DNA from: Octopus bimaculoides
Lineage: Eukaryota
Reading direction: 5' to 3'
Length of the DNA: 64,000 bases
Assembly (NCBI RefSeq): GCF_001194135.2
Contig: NC_068984.1
Location: forward strand, 15,047,058-15,111,057
The notes below the pieces were generated by a model. It did no database searches, was not told the origin of the DNA, and worked only from the letters and a program-made list of their open reading frames with translations. Every line of letters starts with the position of its first letter. The stretch's first letter is position 1. Positions 1 through 11,796 of this stretch are shown piece by piece. A program made the translations under genes and the position numbers.

Positions 1-525
<525 letters not shown>

Positions 526-876
526 TAAAAGACAATTCTACTGTCCAACAAGAATTCATAATTAATTTAAAAGCATTTTTGTTCTCATTCTTCTTAGAAA
601 ATGGTCAAAACATTCCCTGGCCTCAGGACTCTGATGTGAATTCAACAGAAATGTAATAATTTTCAATCAGCATCAAATTGTTGTTGTTGTTGTTGCTATT
701 AGTTTTTATTAGCATCTTTTCTGTGGCTTCTGTCATTAGAAGCCTAATATGTGCCTGCCATTTTTCATTTGAAAATCCTACATTTTTTCATTTCAAAATC
801 CTACTAAGCATCTCTGTCTTACATTATTTACATTATTTACATTTGACGGATATTCGTCCTCATCTTGTTTGTTGTT

Positions 877-922
877 AACACAACGTTTCGGCTGATATAC
901 CCTCCAGCCTTCGTCAGGTGTC
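877..922 (-). ncRNA. Second intact hammerhead motif (inverted copy)
   Basis: Exact reverse complement of 1356-1401. Confidence 0.65.
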
Positions 923-1355
923 TTGGGGAAATTTCGAACCTGGGTTCTCATTCCTATCGATGTTACTATTATTATTATTATTATATGGAAACCACTTCCC
1001 CCTGTGGGATGAAGTTAAAATAATAGACAGGGAACAACACTGGAAAATACGAAAACTAAAAGAAGCAGCACATATGCTAGGACACAACAACCTCCTAAGC
1101 AGACCGAGTGCAGATATGAATAGCATATGGGAACCGGTATTGAGGAAGNNNNNNNNNNNNNNNNNNNNNNNNNNNNNNNNNNNNNNNNNNNNNNNNNNNN
1201 NNNNNNNNNNNNNNNNNNNNNNNNNNNNNNNNNNNNNNNNNNNNNNNNNNNNNNNNNNNNNNNNNNNNNNNNNNNNNTAATAATAATAATAATATAATAA
1301 TAATAATAATAGTAACATCGAAAGGAATGAGAACCCAGGTTCGAAATTTCCCCAA

Positions 1356-1401
1356 GACACCTGACGAAGGCTGGAGGGTATATCAGCCGAAACGTTGTGT
1401 T
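1356..1401 (+). ncRNA. Putative minimal type I hammerhead ribozyme in Penelope terminal repeat
   Basis: GACAC-CUGACGA-A-GGCUG(GAGGGUAUAU)CAGCC-GAAA-CGUU-GUGUU: stem I GACAC/GUGUU, core CUGANGA...GAAA, stem II 5 bp, palindromic ACGU for a dimeric stem III, predicted cleavage after GUU (1396). Confidence 0.65.
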
Positions 1402-2362
1402 AACAACAAACAAGATGAGGACGAATTTCCGTCAAATGTAGATAATGTAAATAATGTAAATAATTCCTCATCTCTTAAATATAGAACTGTATCTCTGTCT
1501 TATCTTAATAACAAATTTAGCATTTAATCTGACCTAATATTCTAACTGTTTTATGTTAAAACTGACAAAATCCAACCTCTCACACCTACCCTACAATGTC
1601 CTTCTAAAAATATACAAACACACCATAGAAATCTTGAAGTTACAAGATAATGTGTGATTAATTCAAAACCATGTGAATAAATGATACATTTGACAAAGAA
1701 ATCTGAATGCTAGAGGGTTAAACCTTGCAGCTTAGAGTTCAAACCTTAACCAATTTGTTCTCTCATCCTTCTGTAAATAACAGTTTCTGATTTAAGTACA
1801 AGATCAGGAGTAGTTGATACCATCAACTACAGTACTAGACTAGTAATTTATTTTACTGATCCAGATGATGAAGAGAGATCATCTCCTAATGATGAAGAGG
1901 AAAGATGAAAGGAAAATTCAAATTACATGTAAATTTTATTTTGTTTTTGATTGGTTTTACAAAAGATAAAAAAAAAAACCTAAAATATCTTAAATAATAT
2001 ACATACATCATAAAGATATATATAGACAAATTCACATATGTCCAGTGCAGTCACGGCTGTGTAACTAAGAAGTTTGTTTCCCAACCATGAGGTTCTGAGT
2101 TCAGTCTCACTGTATCACACTTTGGGCAAATGTCATATATATGTTGTGTGTGTGAGAGAGACAAGGTGTCGCATTTTGACATCACAGGAGAGTCGTAAAT
2201 GAGTGTCACTGACATGCCAGTAGTGTCACACATTTCCAATTGTCCATGAAAACACATCCAGCTGGGAGATAAGTGAGGATTGGTGACAGGAAGGATATCT
2301 AAGCTATAGAAAATCTACCTCAATAAACTCCGTCCAACTGATGTAAGTTAGGAAAAGCAGAT

Positions 2363-2791
2363 ACTCTTTTTACTCTTTACTCTTTTACTTGTTTCAGTCA
2401 TTTCACTGCGGCCATGCTGAAGCACCGCCTTTTAGTCGAGCAAATTGACCCCAGGACTTATTCTTTGTAAGCCTAGTACTTATTCTATCGGTCTCTTTCT
2501 GCCGAACCGCTAAGTTACGGGGGTGTAAACACACAACCCTCGGTTGTCAAGCGATGTTGGGGGGGGGGGGACAAACACAGACACACAAACATATACATAC
2601 ACATACATATATATATATATATACATATATATGACAGGCTTCTTTCAGTTTCCATCTACCAAATCCACTCACAAGGCTTTGGTCGGCCTGAGGCTATAGA
2701 AGACTCTTGCCCAAGGTGCCACGCAGTGAGAATGAACCAGAGACCATGTGGTTGGTAAGGAAGCTACTTACCACACAGCCACTCCTGTGCC
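2363..2791 (-). mobile_element. SINE family B
   Basis: Full-length reverse copy from ggcacaggagtggctgtgtggtaag to gaaacaagtaaaagag. Confidence 0.9.
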
Positions 2792-2919
2792 TTGTTAAGA
2801 TAAAAACAATAATGGGACCTTGTAGACAATCTGTAAGTTAATATGTAAGTAACTAGGCTAAATAACATATTAAGACCTTGTAGGAGGGAGCTGAAATTAG
2901 TAAGGTCAGGATTGGCAAT

Positions 2920-3290
2920 GAAAGAAGTGTGAATATTGTGATGGAGCATGGCTGTGAGGCAAGGAATTTGAAAAGAAATGTGTTATGCATTGGATGTCCA
3001 ACAGCAACATCCATAAAAGGAGAACTGCAAGTTAGCTGAGTGATGAGGCATTAAAGACATTAGCTGGTGCATCTACAAGAGGCAAGAGTATTGGTATGGA
3101 CACAGGATGGAAATGGATGACGACACTTTTAGCGTGTAAAAGAGGCATATACAGACAGGGGAGGATACATGTAATAGAGAGGAAGATCAAAGATGGAGAC
3201 TGTTCAGACAACTGGGCCTTATGCAATAAACTGAAGAGTAACTGAATGATGTGCTACAAATTTTTATAAGCCATGCAAACACAGAAAATG
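2920..3290 (+). mobile_element. Decayed RTE-clade LINE 3' fragment
   Basis: Broken frames with WYGH.M.MDDD...KR...G...RGR.K..W motifs typical of the RTE ORF C-terminus. Confidence 0.5.
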
Positions 3291-3342
3291 GTATAAACAT
3301 GATGGTAATGATATGATGAGTGTCCATTAGGGTTTCACATTA

Positions 3343-3649
3343 TTAACCCCTCATCTCATGCACCCCTTCTAACGGTACTCAAAATTAGACACCTGTGAAA
3401 TTTTTTTTTTTTGTGTGCATAAATGACTTTTTTAATGATTTTCTACTGAAATACACTGCTTTTACTGCAATTAGTTTTGAAAATAATGAAGAATTTTGTA
3501 AAATAATTTTTGTCATTGATAAGTTGATGTTTGAAACATAAATTGAATCATGATTTTAATGGAAGTTTTAATTCAGATCATTTTAAAAGATGAAGTTTGT
3601 ATCAAAGAACCAGGTGTTATCTCGGGAATGCTGGTATAAAAAGGGTTAA
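3343..3649. mobile_element. TTAA-bounded MITE, related to the 6-kb family
   Basis: ttaaccc...aaaagggttaa ends; internal ttactgcaattagttttgaaaataatgaagaattt similar to other copies. Confidence 0.6.
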
Positions 3650-4464
3650 AAATAAAAGGAACTAACCAGAAGCTGCAAAGAAGTTCAAATGAGTAGAGCT
3701 TATGCCAAACATTCTAAAGAAGATTACGATCAAGACTAAAATGTCACTTTGTAGAAGGAACGACCATATTCCAACTGCATCATGGGAAAAGCAAATACTC
3801 ATCATTATACACACTCAGTGAGCAAAATGTTTTAAGCTAGTTGTTAATCACTCAAATACAAAGTTTGACAACATTGATTTTATTAAACAGAGCAATGAGC
3901 CAGATCTAAAAACACAATACCAAATGCAAGCTTGTGAATTCACAACTTTTGTCCCCCTACTTTAAACTATTTCTTGAATTTGGTTGAGGCAACTTATTTC
4001 AGTGAGTTTTTCCTGTTACTTTGTGTTAGCCATGCTTGGCACTCAACAAGCCAAGATTTTGAACTCAGTTACCATGCCTACTACTCAAGAAGCCACACCT
4101 CAAATTCCATAGCCATGCTTCTAACTTATCAATGCCACTCTTCAAACCCAGCAAAACCAGATTTATGACTCATTATGATGATGATGAAGGAACTCCTCTG
4201 ATGTGCTGATACACCCATATTGTGGTGATAGGAATGATAATGATGCTGTTGTTGATGGTGGTCATGGTGATGACAATGATGACATTTCTCTATGGTCTAA
4301 AGCAGTAAGATAAGACAGCACTTTTCTCAGAAAAGGACATCATTTCAAAATATCACACACACACATGGCTACAAATAAAAATGCCTCAATTAGAGAGGGA
4401 AGTGTCCCCAAAAATGGTGAAATGAACAGCTTGCATCAGTATGGTACTCAACAATTTGAAGTGG

Positions 4465-4690
4465 TGAGCTGGCAGGAGGGTCAGCACACCAAAAAAAATG
4501 CTTAGAGGCATTTCGTCCGTCTTTATGTTCTGAGTTCAAATTCCACTGAGGTCAATTTTGCCTTCTATCCTTTTGGGGGTCAATACAATAAGTACCAGTT
4601 GAGAACTGGGGTCAGGGCAATGTAATTGACTTATCCCCTCCCCTGAAATTGCTGGCCTTGTGCCAAAATTTGAAACCAATATTTGATGTA
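4465..4690 (+). mobile_element. tRNA-derived SINE, family A
   Basis: ggtgagctggcag...gagttcaaattcc.ctgaggtcaattttgcctt..atcc.ttt.ggggtc.at...aataagtaccag; about 15 copies in the window. Confidence 0.85.
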
Positions 4691-5099
4691 GTTCCTCAAG
4701 AAGTGAACACCTCTCTAAAAATGGGTAACTATGACTGTAAGCAGCAGCAGCAGCAGCAGCAGCAGTGGTTAAAACACCAGGTCTGCTCTGCCATGATTGA
4801 GTAGACATAATGAAAGATATCCTTACCTGAAACCATTCTGCCCATTTTTTTTCTACCCAGACATAATGTATCCAGGATTACATCATCTTATATGACATTC
4901 CTGTTTTTAAATGACAGGATGTGATTCAAGGGAAATTTAGTTGTTATTTCTAGCATTCTGAGTGATTGCATAGTGACTTTCTCATTGGATCAGAAGTCAT
5001 AAATATAAACGTTTTTTCATCTGTTTGTTCATTTTATAACGAAGAGAATGGCTTTTTCATGCAAATTTCCACATTTGAATGCTGTTGAAGCTATTCAAT

Positions 5100-5149
5100 T
5101 TACATTTGAATGTCCTTTCTATCACTGATAACAAGCTCCAATTCCTCAA
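5100..5149 (-). CDS. Candidate terminal coding exon
   Basis: Acceptor ttccagtttttgtttgcag; phase 1 gives (I)EELELVISDRKDIQM*. The six exons sum to 813 nt = 270 aa + stop. Confidence 0.45.
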
Positions 5150-6022
5150 CTGCAAACAAAAACTGGAAGAGCTTGTTATCAGCCTGGTAGATAAAGACAG
5201 GCAAGCAAGATATGAAGTGACCCAAAGCCACAAGACAGTGACTGCAGTAAAAGCTGAACTCAAATCCACTGACACAGTAGTTTATTTTTTCAACTTTACA
5301 CGTCACTGTGTCTCATATGTGTAATTAGGACTAAACCATCTAGGCTAGTTTTTGTCAAGAATTAAGATTTGATAGAGCCTTAATGTTTCAGTGATCTGAC
5401 AATGGTCAGGCTAACAGACCATCGCCCAGTAATGAAGGATATCTATTCTGTTCAGATTGAGAAAGTCTCCATTATTCTTTCTCGACTCTTCATGGATAAG
5501 CTTCTATTGCTAAGATGTCACAAGGAACCAACCACATACACATGCAGCATTTGCAATGTAAATAACAAAAATAATGATGATGATGAGTTATTTGCCCAGG
5601 GATGTCTAATAATGATGATGGTCACTCCTATCGATTTCGACGTATGAGTGTTTGAAAAAAAGGATTTTCAGGAAAAAAAAAGGATTAAAAATAATAATAA
5701 TGTGATGATGATGATGATGATGGTAAGAATAATATAAAAGACAGACATAAAATTCTAGTAATTTGATAGACATCTCAATCCCTTCTGACCAAAACAGTGT
5801 CTAGAAGGTCAAGACACCATCAAAGTACAAAGATCTAGAAACTGAAATAAACATGTATAAAAAGGTTAAAACAGTAAAAAAAAAATATTTTAACGTCAGG
5901 TATGATAAAGAGGAATATAAACAAAAATATAAAAACAATAACAGGGCACACAACTCTACATACAGTAAACAAAGAAAATCTGCTTAGGTACAGTTCACAT
6001 CTTACACAAGACAACTGGCATC

Positions 6023-6737
6023 TTAACCCTTTCGTTACCAACCTGGCTGAAACCGCTTCTGGCTCTGTAATACAAATGTCTTGTTTTCAAAAGTTTTGAA
6101 TTAAAATCTTCCACCAAACCTTAGTCACGATTTATGTTCCTAACACTAGGTTAGTGATAACTAAGTTATTTTACTAAATTCTTTGTTATATTTAAAATTA
6201 ATTGAAACAAACACAGAATATCTCAAAATAAATACAGTAGCAAAAGGGTTAAAAAATATAATAGAGAAACAATTCTTAACCCTTTTGATACCAACCCGGC
6301 TGAAACCGCTTCTGGCTTTGTAGTACAAATGTCTTGTTTTCTTAAGCTTTGAAATAAAATCTTCCACCAAACCTTAGTCACAATTTATGTTCTTAACACT
6401 AGCTTAATGATAAAGTTATTTTACTAAAAATTAATTAAAAAAAACACAGAGTATCTCCAAATAAATATAGTAACGAAATAGTTAAAAATATAATAGAGAA
6501 ATAATTCTTAACCCTTTTGATACCAACCCAGCTAAAACCGCTTCTGGCTTTGTAGTACAAATGTCTTGTTTTCTTAAGCTTTGAAATAAAATCTTCCACC
6601 AAACCTTAGTCACGATTTATGTTCCTAACACTAGGTTAGTGATAACAAAGTTACTTTACTAAATTCTTTGTTATATTTAGAATTAGTTAAAAGAAACACA
6701 GAGCATCTTAGCAGAAATATGGTAACGAAAGGGTTAA
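6023..6737 (+). mobile_element. Three tandem TTAA/CCCTT MITEs (piggyBac-type ends) separated by a fixed ~23-bp spacer
   Basis: Units 6023-6252, 6276-6485, 6508-6737, each TTAACCCTTT...(AAAGG)GTTAA; spacer aaaatataatagagaaa(c/ta)aattc. Confidence 0.85.
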
Positions 6738-6750
6738 ACAAAGCAGTCTG

Positions 6751-6955
6751 CTTACACAAGATAGCTCACACCTTACACAAGATAGCTCACACCTTACACA
6801 AGATAGCTCACACCTTACACAAGATAGCTCACACCTTACACAAGATAGCTCACACCTTACACAAGATAGCTCACACCTTACACAAGATAGCTCACACCTT
6901 ACACAAGATAGCTCACACCTTACACAAGATAGCTCACACCTTACACAAGATAGCT
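6751..6955 (+). repeat. 21-bp minisatellite (cttacacaagatagctcacac), about 9.7 copies
   Basis: Near-perfect tandem array; explains the LHKIAHT/SCVRCEL pseudo-ORFs. Confidence 0.95.
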
Positions 6956-7108
6956 TTAATTCAATAGCACAACTCATACTAAACACTTGCTGCCCAATTC
7001 ACACAGCATGTACTCTACAGCAGTGCTACTCAAAGTGGTGGTTCACAGACCGGCACCGGTCTGCAGACCAGCACCAGACCGCAAGCCATCAGCTGCCAGT
7101 ATGCGGTG

Positions 7109-7824
7109 GCAGACAGAAAAAGGTCGAGGGTGGAGTCACCACCCAAAACCCTAAAGAAAAGAAAAGCAGGGAAGGCAAAAAAGAAATATGTGGATGAAAC
7201 AGAAGACACAGAGAATCGAACTATGGAACCAGAGATAGAAGAAATTAGTGAAAATGACGGAATTAGACTGGAGAAAATGGAAGAGTGGATGAATAAAGTA
7301 CAAGAACAAAGAGTAAAAGCAAGGAGGATGGGACGACCTTCGGGTCGAAATTTAAGAATGTTAATGATCTGTAAGAAAGATATAGAATTGGAAAAGAGGT
7401 ATAACGAAGATAAAAGGTGTGATTAGAGTAAGATTGGAACCAGAATTGTTTGAAACCAATGAGAAAGCAGTGTTGCTGGAAACAGAGAAGATACAAAAAC
7501 TAATAGGAGAGTTCCTGGAATTAATTAAACAAATGGATATATATGTTCGATATGAGAATCTGCCCAGTGTGATTGAGAGAGAGGATCTGCTCGAATATAT
7601 AACGGACGAATGATAAAAAAAGATAAGAGAATGATTATAAGAACAGTAAAATGGGACTGCGAACTTTGGGGGAGCTCGTAAGCCATTTCATCCTTTTCAT
7701 TATAAATATTTCATTACATATTCATCATTCGTTACATGTACCCCACGTTTTGTGTTGTCTGTCCTTGTAAAGTTCACTCTATGTTGGGGCTTTATTCCAT
7801 AAATAAAGAGATTAGTATGCGGTG
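7109..7824 (+). pseudogene. Coding-like insert of unknown origin inside the hAT element
   Basis: Two overlapping frames (7106-7426, 7419-7613), K/E-rich with an NLS-like RKRSR..KKRK, followed by gggggag and aataaa. 11-bp direct repeat agtatgcggtg at 7098-7108 and 7814-7824. Confidence 0.45.
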
Positions 7825-7989
7825 TTTCCAGAAAAGAAAGAATAATTATAAAATACTTATGTAATATTGTATTATTTGTTTACAAAATATATATAAAATT
7901 TTAAAATTGTCAACTTTTATTATATTCATTATATATGTTGTTTCTGGTATAAATTAATATTACTAAGAAATATGACCGGTTCCTGGCAC

Positions 7990-8355
7990 ATCATCATCGT
8001 TTAACGTCCGCTTTCCATGCTAGCATGGGTTGGACGATTTGACTGAGGACTGGTGAACCAGGTGGCTACACCAGGCTCCAATCTGATTTGGCAGAGTTTC
8101 TACAGCTGGATGCCCTTCCTAACACCAACCACTCTACAGATGGATGCCCTTCCTAACACCAACTACATTTACGTGCCACTGGCACGAATGCCAGTCAGGT
8201 GGTACTGGCAACGGCCATGCTCAAAATGGTGTATTTTACATGCCACCTGCACAGGAGCCAGTCCAGCGGCACTGGCAATGATCTCGCTCGAATGTCTTTT
8301 CACGTGCCACCAGCACAAGTGCCAGGAAGGCGACACTGGTAACGATCACGCACAT
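7990..8355 (-). mobile_element. SINE-like element with RTE-type tail (family C)
   Basis: Reverse of ...gttaggaagggcatccagctgtagaaactc...ccaacccatgctagcatggaaagcggacgttaaacgatgatgatg. Confidence 0.85.
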
Positions 8356-11039
8356 TGGGAAAAAAAAAAATGCCGGTATGTCACATCAGATAGTTCTATA
8401 AGCACTGCTCTACAGGATCACCAACCAATAAAATAAAACAAAATAATACTTTTATATCATCCAACACCTGCTATTGTAACACGCTTCAGATATCACCAGC
8501 AACTCCCACAACTCACATACTTCACACAATGAACAAAAGTAACATTAGAAACAACAAAGAAAAAGCAATGGTAGCACACAATCAGATATTGTTGTAAACA
8601 CCCCAAGAACATGGAGGTGTATCTGGTGCTATTGCAAAAACTAGTATAAACACGATAATAATATGTCAACCTCAAATTTCTTGTCAAACTCAATTTCATT
8701 ATCTTTAGTTTCAATTATGTTGTCAACTATCTCAATTTCATCACAACAGACATCGACTCCATCATTGTCAACTTAAATGTCATCACTGTATGATGAAGTG
8801 ACTATTCTAATAAACAGACATTGACATTAGTGATTATTTGTTATAAAATTATAAAATATGGTAAAACGGTTACAAGTTTTATCTAATAGAAATTGTCACA
8901 TCTTGCATTACCATAAATATACATACATTTACTTTTTTACATGCAAAATTACATACTACACCATATATATACACCATATATATATACTACACCATATATA
9001 TATCTGCAACAAACTGGTTTCCTGTTCAGGAGGCAATATGTATGCCACAGAATCTGGGAAACTAGCCTTATGAGCCTATTGCCCAGAGAGGGCCTCTGAT
9101 CCCTTTTTTTATCATCATTATCATCATCATTTAGCATCTGTTTTCTATGCTGGCATGGGTTGGACAGTTTGAGTGGAACTGGTAAATGAGAGAGCTGTAG
9201 CCAGTTTAATTTTTTTATTCATTGGTCCTATTTCTTAACTTTCTTAACAGATTCCTAACAAAAATCCAGCACAGTTATCTTTGGTAATCAAAGTCAGCCT
9301 GGTATCGATCAATATATTTATATTCTACACAATTCCCAAACATTAATATAGCACAAACCAGACAGAACAGAATATAAACAATCTCTGTCCAGCACTAAAA
9401 TACAATGCACTAATCACAGAGTATATAGGAGACATCAAACAAAATAACACAACTCACATCACACATATTCTACACAATAGACAAAATATTAAAAAATAAT
9501 ACCACATGCAACAAAAATATCTTATGATAAAACAACAGTTATAGCATAGACACAACTCTACATCCGCAAAGACAATGTAGCAACAGACCTCAGGAACACA
9601 GAGATACATATAATGGTAGAGGGTGGAGTAGAAACTCACCCTCACATGAGTATAAACTCACGTGATGAATAATAGAAACTGTTAAAAACTAAACTGAAAA
9701 AGGGGCCAGAGGAAAAGGAGCTATAGAATACTAAAACAAGGTCAAGAGTCTTCTGGTTACCTAATATAATTCTCTGATGTCCCAAATGGTCAATACCAAA
9801 AACGTTTTTCATGGCTAATAATAAGAGGAGAAAGAACTAAAGAAAACTAGATCAATAAAAATCTCATCACTGATTGAAAATCGCAGGACTCAAAGCTGAG
9901 ATTGAAACCTTTCTGCCAGAAACTACTAAAAGTATATAATGAAGATGGAATTCAAAAGTAATGAGGAGTTTGTGAAGAAAATCAATCACATTGTTTGTAA
10001 CCAGCCAGTCTTGGCAACAAAAGCAAAAAAGCAGGACTGTTATTCAAAAGTGAGCATGACTTGATAACAAACATTGTACTTTTGTTGGTTGTTTTAGATG
10101 CTTATGAAATCATGAGCAGATATAGACACCCTCCCGGACTTCCCACCTTAATCTCAGTGGAACATCAATGATATGAGAGAGAGAGAGAGATGGATGGAGG
10201 AAGAGAGCTGCAACTACACAGAGTTGATACACTGCTTCAGAAGAATGGTCTGAATCAATGTGAAAAGAAGTACGTTGCTCAACGATTCAATGCACCACCC
10301 AGTCCAGAAACCACACTCCCAACTTTACAAATTCTAAGCTTAACATCTTAACCACTAGGCCATGCACTTTCACAAAAGTACGTATATATACACACACACA
10401 CACATGTTGGAGCTTTCATCTACTGAAAATTATGTTAGTATTGCAAAATACCATTAGCAAAGAGTGTAAATATACACTAGGAAGGTCTCAGAGAACGATA
10501 AAGTGATCATACTTTGAGATTGCTTAAACATCAATGGATATTGTTTTTGCAAAGGAAGGCAGTTTTCCTGATCAATGTGGAGGTCCGTCAATAGAAGATA
10601 AAAAGAACACATCTAAGTATACAAATCTGGAAATGGAAATAATCACAATGCAGCATCATTCCCGTAATAACATTGCCTCAGGAATGATTGTAAAAAAGAT
10701 GCAGACAAACAGATAACCAAAATCTCAGGATTGATACAAATAACACGGAGAACATAGCAGTACAAGGCAGTTGCATACATAGTTATTACTACATAGAGTA
10801 CTTTTAATATAGTAGAAGGAAAGAAAAAAAACAACAACAAAACACTGCACATAGCACAAGGCACACAAGCCTGCACTCACCAGTGCAGTAAAAGTGCAGA
10901 ATATAAATAATAATCATGTGTGTGTGTGTGTGTGTGTGCGCATGTATGCATGTGTGTGTGGGAGGGAGAGAGAAAGAAGTATTCACTGCTGTCCTTTTGC
11001 CTCCAGGAAAAGAAGAAGTAAAACAGACTCTACATTCTT

Positions 11040-11616
11040 TACATTATTTACATTTGACGGATATTTGTCCTTATCTTGTTTGTTGTTAACACGTTTCGGC
11101 TGATATATCCTCCAGCCTTCATCAGGTGTCTTGGGGAAATTTTAAACCTGGGTTCTCATTCTTAAGGTATTTTTCAATGTTGTTGTTGTTGTTCAGGTCA
11201 CTGCATGAAATTGAACTCGGAATCTTGGGGTTAGTAGCCTGCACTCTTAACCACTACACCACATGCTCGTAGTGTAGTGATTAAGAGCGCGGACTACTAA
11301 CCCCAAGATTCCGACTTCGAACCCAAGCAGTGACCTGAACAATAATAATAATAATAATAATAATAACAACAACAACAGCATAAAAAAATACCTTAAGAAT
11401 GAGAACCCAGGTTCGAAATTTCCCCAAGACACCTNNNNNNNNNNAAAAAAATACCTTAAGAATGAGAACCCAGGTTCGAAATTTCCCCAAGACACCTGAC
11501 GGAGGCTGGAGGGTATATCAGCCGAAATGTTGTGTTAACAACAAACAAGACGAGGCCAAATAGCCATCAAATGTAAATAATGTACATAATTCCTCATCTC
11601 TTAGATATAGAACTGT
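11040..11616. mobile_element. Head-to-head pair of tRNA-headed elements with Penelope-type hammerhead tail
   Basis: Palindrome centred on catg (11262-11265). Each arm: A-box TAGTGTAGTGG, CTACTAA loop, B-box-like GTTCGAACC, aagcagtgacctgaac, (aay)n, then the same repeat as 1278-1489. HHR copies at 11087-11130 (-; 3-nt deletion at the cleavage site) and 11491-11536 (+; CUGACGG and GAAAUG mutations). Confidence 0.75.
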
Positions 11617-11796
11617 AAAACAGACTGTCTCTTTCTTAATGGCATCGTCATTCTGGAGAATTACTGATTCCTTGAGATTATCTCTGCTTCTCATTCAGGG
11701 ACAGTCACACTTGCTGCTGGGTGTTTGTTTACCTTCTCTCAAAGCAAAGATAAATTCAATGTGTTAAGAATTTATCTGGAATGATATTTGGTACAC

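Larger units (their letters stand above)
820..1489 (+). mobile_element. Penelope-like element 3' end: GIY-YIG C-terminal fragment flanked by inverted terminal repeats
   Basis: 984-1148 encodes GNHFPLWDEVKIIDREQHWKIRKLKEAAHMLGHNNLLSRPSADMNSIWEPVLRK, similar to the Penelope endonuclease C-terminus (W..VKILD.E..W..RK.KEA.H). 820-983 and 1278-~1450 are near-identical inverted copies. Gap at 1149-1277. Confidence 0.8.
7021..8407. mobile_element. Non-autonomous hAT (Charlie-like) element with nested insertions
   Basis: Ends CAGTGCTACTC.../...TAAGCACTG; identical 8-bp TSD CTCTACAG at 7013-7020 and 8408-8415. Confidence 0.85.

Noticed and set aside
5125-5182. microRNA precursor
   Set aside because: Only about 18 bp paired with a large loop, and no known mature sequence recognised.
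6023-6955. CRISPR-like array
   Set aside because: Eukaryotic DNA; the repeats are MITEs or a minisatellite with identical or absent spacers, and there are no cas genes.
8500-8860. Acidic reading frame on the minus strand (VDNDGVDVCCDEIEIVDN...)
   Set aside because: Short, stop-bounded, no recognisable motif or splice sites; probably a decayed transposon.
10613-10626. Alternative terminal exon (D)LYT* after acceptor gattatttccatttccag
   Set aside because: Too short to evaluate; such acceptors occur by chance in AT-rich DNA.
11266-11330. tRNA gene (Ser-like CTACTAA loop)
   Set aside because: Acceptor and anticodon stems pair poorly and the sequence continues into repeat body; it is a SINE-type head.
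11385-11496. Tandem duplication of the ~45-bp segment before the hammerhead
   Set aside because: Identical sequence on both sides of a 10-N gap; most likely a scaffolding overlap artefact.
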